Assembly (NCBI GenBank): GCA_002841025.1
Contig: PHDQ01000001.1
Location: 1-51,224 of the forward strand
DNA length: 51,224 nt
Direction: 5' to 3'
From: Bacteroidetes bacterium HGW-Bacteroidetes-13
Lineage (GTDB): Bacteria; Bacteroidota; Bacteroidia; Flavobacteriales; Flavobacteriaceae
Numbering within the stretch: position 1 is the stretch's first letter; every line of letters begins with the position of its first letter. The notes beneath the pieces were generated by a model. That model searched no databases, was not told where the DNA came from, and saw nothing but the letters and a program-made list of their open reading frames with translations. Shown in pieces: positions 20,039 through 27,996 of this stretch. The position numbers and the translations under genes were made by a program.

Positions 20039-21097
20039 ATGATACGATTTTTCAGCATCACAAAAAATATACACGAATGGCTCTTCAACTTGATGCCCGA
20101 AAGCGTGGCAAGTGTTGTAGAAATGATATTAATAGCGGTCGTGTATTTGCTAATTTTTGCGGTAGCCGGACTTTATTTGGTGTTACTCGAAAGAAGAGTA
20201 GCAGCTTGGTTTCAGTTGCGTATTGGGCCTAACAGAGTGGGTTATCAGGGCTTGTTGCAAACCATGGCTGACGCGCTGAAATTGGTTTCAAAAGAACTTA
20301 CGGGAACTGAAAAAGCAGACAAATTTTTATACAATCTCGCACCGTATTTTGTCATCATATCTTCTTTGATGGCTCTGTCTGTTTTTCCTTTTACACAAGA
20401 TTTTCAGGCTTTTGACATCAATATCGGTCTGCTGTTTTTGATTGCGATTTCATCCATCGGTGTTATCGGAATTTTGTTGGGTGGCTGGAGCAGTAACAAC
20501 AAGTTTGCCTTGATTGGTGCCATGCGCAGCGGCGTGCAAACCATCAGTTATGAACTTTCAGTAGGGCTTTCGTTACTCACCATGGTTTTGTTGACCGGAA
20601 GTTTGCAATTGTCTGAAATCGTAGAAGTTCAAAAAGGTGGCTGGTTGATTGTTCAGGGACACATTCCCGCGGTCATCGCCTTTATGATTTATATGATAGC
20701 CGGAACTGCCGAAACCAATCGCGCACCTTTTGACTTGGTAGAAGCCGAATCGGAATTGGGTGCGGGCTTTCACACCGAATACTCGGGAATGAAATTCGCA
20801 TACTTCTTTTTGGCGGAGTTTATCAACATGTTTATCATCGCGGCGATTGCCACAACCGTATTTTTTGGGGCTTGGCTGTCACCTTTCGGAATCACCGAAT
20901 CTATCCCGATACTGGGTGTGGTTTGGTTTTTGGGAAAAACGCTGATTTTGGTTTTTTTGATGATGTGGTTCAGGTGGACTTTTCCAAGATTGAGAATCGA
21001 TCAACTGTTGACGCTGGAATGGAAATATTTATTGCCAATCAATCTAATTAATATAGTCGTTATGGCATTTGTGGTCTGGCTTAAAATAACCATTTAA
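20039..21097 (+). CDS. nuoH: Complex I subunit H (ND1 homologue)
   Basis: Polytopic membrane protein with ERRVAAWFQLRIGPNRVG and AETNRAPFDLVEAESEL motifs. The ORF-track start at 20018 is a TTG and the first ATG is at 20039. Either way it begins within 11 nt of the nuoD stop, leaving no room for nuoE/F/G. Confidence 0.92.
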   Translation: MIRFFSITKNIHEWLFNLMPESVASVVEMILIAVVYLLIFAVAGLYLVLLERRVAAWFQLRIGPNRVGYQGLLQTMADALKLVSKELTGTEKADKFLYNLAPYFVIISSLMALSVFPFTQDFQAFDINIGLLFLIAISSIGVIGILLGGWSSNNKFALIGAMRSGVQTISYELSVGLSLLTMVLLTGSLQLSEIVEVQKGGWLIVQGHIPAVIAFMIYMIAGTAETNRAPFDLVEAESELGAGFHTEYSGMKFAYFFLAEFINMFIIAAIATTVFFGAWLSPFGITESIPILGVVWFLGKTLILVFLMMWFRWTFPRLRIDQLLTLEWKYLLPINLINIVVMAFVVWLKITI

Positions 21098-21130
21098 AGA
21101 AAATTTCATATAAAGAATATCGATTAAAAA

Positions 21131-21297
21131 ATTATGAATTATGAATTATGAATTATGAATTATGAATTATGAATTATTATGAATTAAACAAATAACAAGC
21201 AACCAGTAACAACCAGCAACCAGCAACCAGCAACCAGTAACCAGTAACCAGTAACCAGTAACCAGTAACAAATAACGAATAACGATTAACAAATAAC
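21131..21297 (+). repeat. Compound heptamer tandem array filling the nuoH-nuoI spacer
   Basis: (ATTATGA)x6 plus partial units span 21131-21187. AAC-phased heptamers follow: AACAAAT AACAAGC AACCAGT (+AAC) (AACCAGC)x3 (AACCAGT)x5 AACAAAT AACGAAT AACGATT AACAAAT, running to 21297. Confidence 0.95.
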
Positions 21298-21328
21298 ATG
21301 GCTTTTTGGAATTTGAAATTATAAAAGT

Positions 21329-21805
21329 ATGAGCTATTTTTCAGACATATACAGCGGAATAAAAACATTGCTAACCGGCATGAGCGTTACCGGAAAATAT
21401 TTTTTGCATGCGAGAAAAGGTGCCATTACCCAACAATATCCGGACAATCGGGCGACTTTGAAAATGTTTGATCGTTTTCGGGGTGAAGTGGTTATGCCGC
21501 ATGACGAAAACAATGAGCACCAATGTACAGGTTGTCAAAAATGCGAACTGGCTTGTCCCAATGGAAGTATTGAGATCATCTGGGACAGGGGAATCGACGA
21601 AACCACCGGAAAAAAGAAGAAAAAAATAGATCAACACATCTACCATTTGGGCATGTGCACCATGTGCGGATTGTGTATAGAAGCCTGCCCGACCGATGCG
21701 ATAGTCTGGGCACAAAATTTTGAAAATTCGGTTTACGACCGAACCAAGCTCACGAAAGTTTTAAACCAACCCGGATCTAAGGTAAAAGCCGGCATAGAAG
21801 ACTAA
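21329..21805 (+). CDS. nuoI: Complex I subunit I (2x[4Fe-4S], TYKY homologue)
   Basis: CTGCQKCELACP and CTMCGLCIEACP motifs, 158 aa. Confidence 0.92.
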   Translation: MSYFSDIYSGIKTLLTGMSVTGKYFLHARKGAITQQYPDNRATLKMFDRFRGEVVMPHDENNEHQCTGCQKCELACPNGSIEIIWDRGIDETTGKKKKKIDQHIYHLGMCTMCGLCIEACPTDAIVWAQNFENSVYDRTKLTKVLNQPGSKVKAGIED

Positions 21806-21809
21806 AACC

Positions 21810-22313
21810 ATGGAAAGAATTATATTTTACACACTGGCGTTGATAATTGTCGTTTTTGCCATTGCCTCAGTCAGCAGCCGGAAAATGCTCCGGTCGGTTA
21901 TTTATTTGCTGTTTGTGCTTTGCGGAATTGCGGGATTTTATTTTTTGATTGATTATAACTTTCTGGCAGCCATTCAACTGACAGTTTACGCGGGCGGCAT
22001 CATCGTATTGTTGATTTTTTCGGTCATGCTGGTTCACCACATCGAAATGGAGTTGGAAGTAGTGAAAAAAGCGAGACAAATTTTGGTAGGGTTGCTATGT
22101 CTCATCGGACTTGGCGTGTTTTTGATTACGATTTATACGCATCCGTTCGTGGTCGTTGAAAACCAAATAACTACCACAACAGCCGATATTGGGTACAAAC
22201 TTTTGAGCTATGATGATGGCGGATTTATTTTGCCATTTGAGGTGATTAGTGTGCTTTTGTTGGCGGCGATGATTGGAGCGATAGTCATCGCAAAAAAAGT
22301 CGGGAGTGAGTAA
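21810..22313 (+). CDS. nuoJ: Complex I subunit J (ND6 homologue)
   Basis: 167-aa polytopic membrane protein in the conserved operon position, with a VYAGGIIVLLIF motif. Confidence 0.88.
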   Translation: MERIIFYTLALIIVVFAIASVSSRKMLRSVIYLLFVLCGIAGFYFLIDYNFLAAIQLTVYAGGIIVLLIFSVMLVHHIEMELEVVKKARQILVGLLCLIGLGVFLITIYTHPFVVVENQITTTTADIGYKLLSYDDGGFILPFEVISVLLLAAMIGAIVIAKKVGSE

Positions 22314-22334
22314 TGCGCAATTGGCAATATACAA

Positions 22335-22418
22335 GAAACTTGAAACTTGAAACTTGAAACTTGAAACTTGAAACTTGAAACTTGAAACCTCCTGCCTGCC
22401 GGCAGGGAAACTTGAAAC
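22335..22418 (+). repeat. (GAAACTT)x7 array interrupted by a 12-bp perfect palindrome, in the nuoJ-nuoK spacer
   Basis: GAAACTT occurs seven times over 22335-22383, followed by GAAACC. Then comes the perfect palindrome CCTGCCGGCAGG (22395-22406), and the repeat resumes as GAAACTTGAAAC (22407-22418). Confidence 0.95.
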
Positions 22419-22439
22419 AAAATAAACAAGATATACCTC

Positions 22440-22757
22440 ATGATTACAGGAATCAGCCTTTACGAAATACTCACCGTTACTTCCATTATTTTCTTTGTGG
22501 GCGTTTACGGCTTCATTACGCGAAAAAATTTGATATCCGTATTGATTTCCATCGAATTGATTCTCAATGCTTCCGCAGTTAATTTTGTGGCTATCAACAA
22601 GTATTTATACCCCGAAGCCTTGCAGGGAGTGGTTTTTTCCATTTTTATCATCGCTGTTGCGGCTGCCGAAACTGCGTTGGCGGTTTCAATCATCATCAAT
22701 CTTTACAGACAAATCAGCTCGGTGGAGGTAAAGGACACCGAAATTATGAAGTATTAA
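22440..22757 (+). CDS. nuoK: Complex I subunit K (ND4L homologue)
   Basis: 105 aa with 3 TM segments and a ...AVAAAETALAVSII motif. Confidence 0.9.
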   Translation: MITGISLYEILTVTSIIFFVGVYGFITRKNLISVLISIELILNASAVNFVAINKYLYPEALQGVVFSIFIIAVAAAETALAVSIIINLYRQISSVEVKDTEIMKY

Positions 22758-22769
22758 CATCTTGAAAAT

Positions 22770-24689
22770 ATGAACCTTAGCTACACCATACTCATCCTAC
22801 TTGTTCCACTGACCGTTTTTCTATTGCTCGGAATTTTCAATCAAAAAATCAAACCGGCAGTTTCCGGATACATCGGGGTTTTTGGTCTGTTTGTCTCGAC
22901 CGTTTTGTCTTATTTCACGGCTTATCAGTACTTTTTTGTGTTTGGTAAGTTGGAGGGGGTTTATCAAACTTTTGCCCAAAAAACAGTTTGGATGAATTTC
23001 ACCGATACGCTTCACATCGACATGGGTGTCTTGATTGACCCGATTTCTGTGATGATGCTGGTTGTGGTTTCGACGATATCGCTCATGGTACATATTTACA
23101 GTCGGGGCTATATGAAAGGGGATGAAGGCTATACCCGATTTTTTGCGTTTCTGTCTTTGTTTACTTTTTCCATGTACGGTTTGGTTTTGGCAACCAATCT
23201 TTTTCAAATCTATATTTTCTGGGAATTGGTTGGGGTCTCATCCTTTTTGCTGATTGGATATTACTACACCAAACCTTCGGCAGTTGCAGCCGCCAAAAAA
23301 GCGTTTATCGTCACCCGATTTGCCGATTTGGGTTTTTTAATTGGTATTTTAATCATCGGGTTTTATACCGGCACCTACGATTTTGAAACTTTAAACAACC
23401 CCGAAGGTGCCGCCATCCTCAATTGGGCTTCGGGTTCATTTATGGGTTTGTCCATACTCACTTGGGCATTGATATTGATTTTTATTGGAGGCGCGGGCAA
23501 ATCTGCCATGTTTCCTTTACACATTTGGTTACCTGATGCCATGGAAGGGCCGACGCCGGTTTCTGCGTTGATTCACGCTGCAACGATGGTGGTTGCGGGT
23601 GTTTTTCTGGTCGCTCGATTGTTTCCGATGTATTATTTTGTGGAAGATGGATTTGCGCTGAAAGTTGTGGCTTTTGTGGGTGCTTTTTCGTCCCTGTTTG
23701 CCGCTGTCATCGCGATTACGCAAACCGACATCAAACGGGTTTTGGCATTCTCTACCATGTCACAATTGGGTTATATGATGTTGGCACTTGGCGTTTCGGG
23801 ATACGACGGACATGAAGGTGTAGGTTATATGGCATCCATGTTTCATTTGTTTACGCACGCCATGTTTAAGGCACTTCTTTTCTTGGGCGCAGGCTCGGTT
23901 ATACACGCTGTTCACAGCAATTATTTGAAAGACATGGGCGGATTGCGCAAGTATATGCCTGTCACAAACATCACCTTTTTGATTGCTGCCTTGGCGATCG
24001 CCGGCGTACCGCCATTTGCGGGATTTTGGAGTAAAGATGAAATTTTAGCAGCCGCATTTGAACAAAACAAACTGATTTATTTTGTTGGCGTTTTTGTCGC
24101 CGGACTGACGGCATTTTATATGTTTCGTATCTACTTTGGTATTTTTTGGGGAAAAGAAACAAAGTACAAACATCCGCCGCATGAGTCGCCTGTTTCGATG
24201 ACTTTTCCGTTGATGGTATTGGCGTTTCTGAGTATTGTAGTCGGATTCATACCGTTTAGCGAATTCATCACTGCCGACAAAGCCGGATTTGAAGCGCATC
24301 TTAATTACCCGCTTGCAGCCGTAGCGGTAGGTGTGGGGTTGATTGGAATCGGATTGGCGTATGTTTTTTACAAGAAAGAAAATGACTTGGCGGAAAGATT
24401 CTCAATCGCTTTTGGTTTTTTTTATATTTGGACATTCCACAAGTTCTATTTTGATGAAATTTATCTGTTCGTTACCAAGAAAATCTTGTTTCAACGCATT
24501 TCTTGGCCAATCTCCAAATTCGATAAAAAATATGTGGACGGCACCATGGAAGGAATTGGAAACAAGACCGTTTTAATCTCTGAAAAAATAAAAGGATTGC
24601 AATCCGGTAAATTTCAAGATTATGCATTTGCCTTTGTATCTGGCGTTGTCGTGTTGGCATTGGTTTTTATTTACTTTTTGAATTATTAA
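22770..24689 (+). CDS. nuoL: Complex I subunit L (ND5 homologue, antiporter-like)
   Basis: 639-aa polytopic protein with WELVGVSSFLLIGYY, PLHIWLPDAMEGPTPVSALIHAATMV and a long C-terminal lateral-helix region. Confidence 0.93.
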   Translation: MNLSYTILILLVPLTVFLLLGIFNQKIKPAVSGYIGVFGLFVSTVLSYFTAYQYFFVFGKLEGVYQTFAQKTVWMNFTDTLHIDMGVLIDPISVMMLVVVSTISLMVHIYSRGYMKGDEGYTRFFAFLSLFTFSMYGLVLATNLFQIYIFWELVGVSSFLLIGYYYTKPSAVAAAKKAFIVTRFADLGFLIGILIIGFYTGTYDFETLNNPEGAAILNWASGSFMGLSILTWALILIFIGGAGKSAMFPLHIWLPDAMEGPTPVSALIHAATMVVAGVFLVARLFPMYYFVEDGFALKVVAFVGAFSSLFAAVIAITQTDIKRVLAFSTMSQLGYMMLALGVSGYDGHEGVGYMASMFHLFTHAMFKALLFLGAGSVIHAVHSNYLKDMGGLRKYMPVTNITFLIAALAIAGVPPFAGFWSKDEILAAAFEQNKLIYFVGVFVAGLTAFYMFRIYFGIFWGKETKYKHPPHESPVSMTFPLMVLAFLSIVVGFIPFSEFITADKAGFEAHLNYPLAAVAVGVGLIGIGLAYVFYKKENDLAERFSIAFGFFYIWTFHKFYFDEIYLFVTKKILFQRISWPISKFDKKYVDGTMEGIGNKTVLISEKIKGLQSGKFQDYAFAFVSGVVVLALVFIYFLNY

Positions 24690-24693
24690 AACT

Positions 24694-26184
24694 ATGGATA
24701 TTCTAACTCTTTTCATCATTGTCCCGGTCTTGACTGTTGCAGTCTTGTTGTTTTCAAAAGGCTTGAAACAAGTACGTGTCGTTTCCATGATTGGAAGTAT
24801 TATTCAATTGGGAATGGCCATTAATTTGGTATTCGCCTATTTTAAAGAGCGAGCGGTGAATACTGAAATCATGGTATTTATAAAGGATGTCGTGTGGTTT
24901 AAAAATTTTAATATTCATTATCAGGTAGGTGTTGACGGTATCTCGGTGGCTTTGTTATTGTTAACAGCTATCGTGGTTCTTGCGGGCGTATTTATTTCCT
25001 GGAAAACCAGCGAATTGCCAAAGGAATTTTTCATTTCGCTCATTGTGCTTTCCGTAGGGGTTTATGGCGTTTTTATATCCATTGATTTGTTTACCTTGTT
25101 TGTGTTCTTCGAAATTGCGGTAATACCCATGTATTTGCTGATAGGTATTTGGGGATCAGGACCTAAAGAATATTCAGCCATGAAGTTGACCTTAATGCTC
25201 ATGGGAGCTTCGGCGGTTTTATTGGTGGGTATCTTGGGAATTTACTTTAATTCAAATGCGGATGGGGGTCCTTTAACTTTCAATATTTTGGATATTGCTC
25301 AGGTACATATTCCGATCGCGGCACAAAAATTATTTTTTCCATTTGTATTCATCGGTTTTGCGGTGATCAGTGCTTTGTTTCCATTCCATACTTGGTCACC
25401 TGATGGTCACGCTTCTGCACCAACCGCCGTATCCATGTTGCACGCTGGTGTTTTGATGAAATTAGGCGGTTACGGGGTGTTTAGAATTGCCATGTTTCTG
25501 CTGCCTGCCGGTGCATTGCATTGGTCTTGGTTTTTTATCATTTTAGCAGCTACAGGAGTTGTTTATGGTGCGTTTTCAGCCATCAGACAAACCGATTTGA
25601 AATACATCAATGCGTATGCTTCTGTAAGCCATTTGGGATTGGTGTTGTTTGCCTTGTTAACCCTCAATAAAATCGCTTGGAACGGAGCCATCATCCAATC
25701 CTTATCGCATGGTTTGCTGACAGCCCTGTTTTTTGCGCTTATCGGGATGATTTATGGCAGGACACACACAAGAGACATCAGTAAATTAGGAGGCTTGATG
25801 AAAATTTTACCTTTTATTGGAGCTATTTATGTCATCACCGGATTGGCGTATTTAGGCTTGCCGGGCTTTAGTGGTTTTGTCGCAGAAATGAACATTTTTG
25901 TGGGTGCTTTCCAACAAAATTCGGACATGTTTCACAGAATCCTTACCGTTTTGGTCGTGTCCTCAATCGTGGTGACCTCTGTTTACATTCTCAGATTGGT
26001 CGGAAAAATAATGATGGGACCATTGGAAACCAATCACGTAAATGACTTGCCAAAAGCAACTTGGTATGAAAAAACAGGAATTTTATTGTTGATGATTCCT
26101 GTGATTGGAATCGGTGTAGCTCCATTTTGGTTAAGTGATATGATCATGAAAAGTTTAGAGCCATTTATCAAAGGAGTACTTTGA
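24694..26184 (+). CDS. nuoM: Complex I subunit M (ND4 homologue, antiporter-like)
   Basis: 496 aa. FFEIAVIPMYLLIGIWG and HTWSPDGHASAPTAVSMLHAGVLMKLGGYG are typical of NuoM. Confidence 0.93.
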   Translation: MDILTLFIIVPVLTVAVLLFSKGLKQVRVVSMIGSIIQLGMAINLVFAYFKERAVNTEIMVFIKDVVWFKNFNIHYQVGVDGISVALLLLTAIVVLAGVFISWKTSELPKEFFISLIVLSVGVYGVFISIDLFTLFVFFEIAVIPMYLLIGIWGSGPKEYSAMKLTLMLMGASAVLLVGILGIYFNSNADGGPLTFNILDIAQVHIPIAAQKLFFPFVFIGFAVISALFPFHTWSPDGHASAPTAVSMLHAGVLMKLGGYGVFRIAMFLLPAGALHWSWFFIILAATGVVYGAFSAIRQTDLKYINAYASVSHLGLVLFALLTLNKIAWNGAIIQSLSHGLLTALFFALIGMIYGRTHTRDISKLGGLMKILPFIGAIYVITGLAYLGLPGFSGFVAEMNIFVGAFQQNSDMFHRILTVLVVSSIVVTSVYILRLVGKIMMGPLETNHVNDLPKATWYEKTGILLLMIPVIGIGVAPFWLSDMIMKSLEPFIKGVL

Positions 26185-26217
26185 TGATGGTTGTCAATCG
26201 TTAAAAAAAAATGAAGC

Positions 26218-26453
26218 AAGACTCAGCAAACAAGAATAAAGACCCAGGAATCTATACAGTTAGAAACTCGGAGGTTGTTACGATTTCCCGGAAGCGAAAC
26301 CGCCTTTAAGGAAGTCAGAAGCTTGTTGGCTGAGCGTCTGCCTGCCGGCGGGCAGGGAGTCGAAGCCACCATTTGGATAGGCAAACGTATAAATAAAAAT
26401 ACTCAGTACGAAGTTAATTTACGGAAAATCTTGATTCTTGTTTCCTGAGTCTT
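26218..26453. repeat. 236-bp non-coding insert bounded by 20-bp inverted repeats (MITE-like) in the nuoM-nuoN spacer
   Basis: AAGACTCAGCAAACAAGAAT (26218-26237) compared with the reverse complement of ATTCTTGTTTCCTGAGTCTT (26434-26453) gives 19/20 matches. The interior carries a GC palindrome and GAGTCGAAG/CTGAGCG modules. Confidence 0.6.
26329..26367 (+). repeat. Modular GC-rich element: GCTGAGCG + palindrome + GAGTCGAAGCC
   Basis: GCTGAGCG spans 26329-26336. TCTGCCTGCCGGCGGGCAGG (26337-26356) is a self-complementary stem with one G.T pair. GAGTCGAAGCC spans 26357-26367. Confidence 0.85.
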
Positions 26454-26499
26454 GATTTCTTTAAAAGATAACATTTTATTAAAACACAAACACAAAACC

Positions 26500-27939
26500 A
26501 TGACCCTCAATAGTTTTTCATTCATGCGACACGAAATTTTGCTTTTAGCAATCATCATGCTGTTGCTGATAGCTGAGATTTTCATTTCTAAAAACAAGAA
26601 AAACAGCATCGTTCATTTGGCGGTATTGTTGTTTGGAATGCATACAGTTGTTGGCATTTTCTCGATGGGCGAGGGGAGCCTGTTCGGTGGCATGTTTTAC
26701 ACGAACAACCTGATTCATTTCTTTAAAAATGTACTCAACATCGGTGTATTTATTCTATTGTTGCAATCAGCCGATTGGCTACAGGAAAAAATCGTCTCCC
26801 AAAACAGAGGAACTGAGTTTTTCTTATTGCTTTTTTCTTCCCTGTTAGGCATGTATTTTATGATATCATCCGGCGATTTTTTGATGTTCTACATCGGGTT
26901 GGAATTGTCAACTTTGCCGGTAGCAGCTTTGGCAGCTTATGAAACATCCAAACGAATATCGAGTGAAGCGGGCATCAAATTTATTCTTTCTGCCGGACTT
27001 GCTTCCGGGACTGCTTTGTTTGGTATCACCTTGTTCTATGCAACTTCCGGATCTATTTACTTCGACGACATCAGCCTACTAATTGCTTCCAACAACCTGA
27101 CCATTTTGGCATTTATTCTCTTTTTTACGGGTTTGGCATTCAAAATATCATTGGTTCCTTTTCATTTCTGGACTGCAGATGTTTATGAAGGTGCGCCCAT
27201 CAGCGTGGCTTCTTATCTGTCGGTCATTTCCAAAGGAGCGGCGGTATTTATTTTGATGATATTGCTCTTTACCGTACTCAAACCGCTGATGCATATTTGG
27301 GAAAACGTATTGTATTTGATTGCGCTTGCCACCATGTTTACGGGTAATTTATTTGCGCTGCGTCAACAAAACATGAAGCGATTTTTGGCTTTTTCATCCA
27401 TTGCACAAGCGGGTTTTATATTGTTGGGTTTGGTCACAGGAACGCAATTAGGGACAGCCACAGTAGTCTATTTCGTGATGATTTATATCTTTTCTAACTT
27501 GGCCGCTTTCGGTGTGGTGCAAGCGATTTCCTTAAAAACCGGTAAAGAAAACATGAATGATTATGAAGGTCTCTACCGAACCAACCCCAATTTGAGTTTG
27601 GTGATGATGTTGGCTTTGTTTTCATTGGCGGGTATTCCACCGGTAGCCGGATTTTTCGGTAAGTTTTTCCTGTTTACCGCTGCTGCGAGCAAGGGTTATT
27701 ATCTCTTGGTTTTTTTGGCAGTTGTCAACGTTACGATTTCACTTTATTACTATCTTTTGGTAATCAGAGCCATGTTTCTCCGAACCAATGACAATGCCAT
27801 TCCGTTTTTTAAAAATAAAATCTATATGCGATTGGGTTTGATTATCACAGTTTTGGGAATACTGACACTTGGATTATACAGCCCATTGTATGACTATATC
27901 TATGAATTGAGTAGTAGCTTGTGTGGTTGTACTTTATGA
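26500..27939 (+). CDS. nuoN: Complex I subunit N (ND2 homologue, antiporter-like)
   Basis: Polytopic protein with VPFHFWTADVYEGAPISVASYLSVISKGA. The ORF-track start at 26452 is a TTG inside the repeat element. The first ATG (MTLNSFSF...) is at 26500. Confidence 0.9.
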   Translation: MTLNSFSFMRHEILLLAIIMLLLIAEIFISKNKKNSIVHLAVLLFGMHTVVGIFSMGEGSLFGGMFYTNNLIHFFKNVLNIGVFILLLQSADWLQEKIVSQNRGTEFFLLLFSSLLGMYFMISSGDFLMFYIGLELSTLPVAALAAYETSKRISSEAGIKFILSAGLASGTALFGITLFYATSGSIYFDDISLLIASNNLTILAFILFFTGLAFKISLVPFHFWTADVYEGAPISVASYLSVISKGAAVFILMILLFTVLKPLMHIWENVLYLIALATMFTGNLFALRQQNMKRFLAFSSIAQAGFILLGLVTGTQLGTATVVYFVMIYIFSNLAAFGVVQAISLKTGKENMNDYEGLYRTNPNLSLVMMLALFSLAGIPPVAGFFGKFFLFTAAASKGYYLLVFLAVVNVTISLYYYLLVIRAMFLRTNDNAIPFFKNKIYMRLGLIITVLGILTLGLYSPLYDYIYELSSSLCGCTL

Positions 27940-27996
27940 GTTATGAATTATGAATTATGAGTTTTAAGTTATTTGTCATTTGAAATTTTAAAAATT
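27934..27996 (+). repeat. Nine-unit heptamer array spanning the gap from the nuoN stop to the next start
   Basis: The units are TTATGAG TTATGAA TTATGAA TTATGAG TTTTAAG TTATTTG TCATTTG AAATTTT AAAAATT. The nuoN TGA (27937-27939) lies in unit 1 and the next ATG (27997) follows unit 9. Confidence 0.9.

Noticed and set aside
21177-21368. 63-aa minus-strand ORF (..LFVTGYWLLVTGYWLLVAGCWLL..). The 77-aa minus-strand ORF 22208-22441 (..FQVSSFKFQVSSFKFQVS..) is a similar case.
   Set aside because: Both are read-through translations of the heptamer arrays. The periodic peptide simply reflects 3x7-nt periodicity on the strand that happens to lack stops. Neither has independent coding support.
21131-22418. 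Possible CRISPR arrays, because of the regular short repeats.
   Set aside because: The units are 7 bp, directly tandem and have no spacers. No cas genes are present and no 24-40-bp repeat/spacer architecture occurs anywhere in the window.
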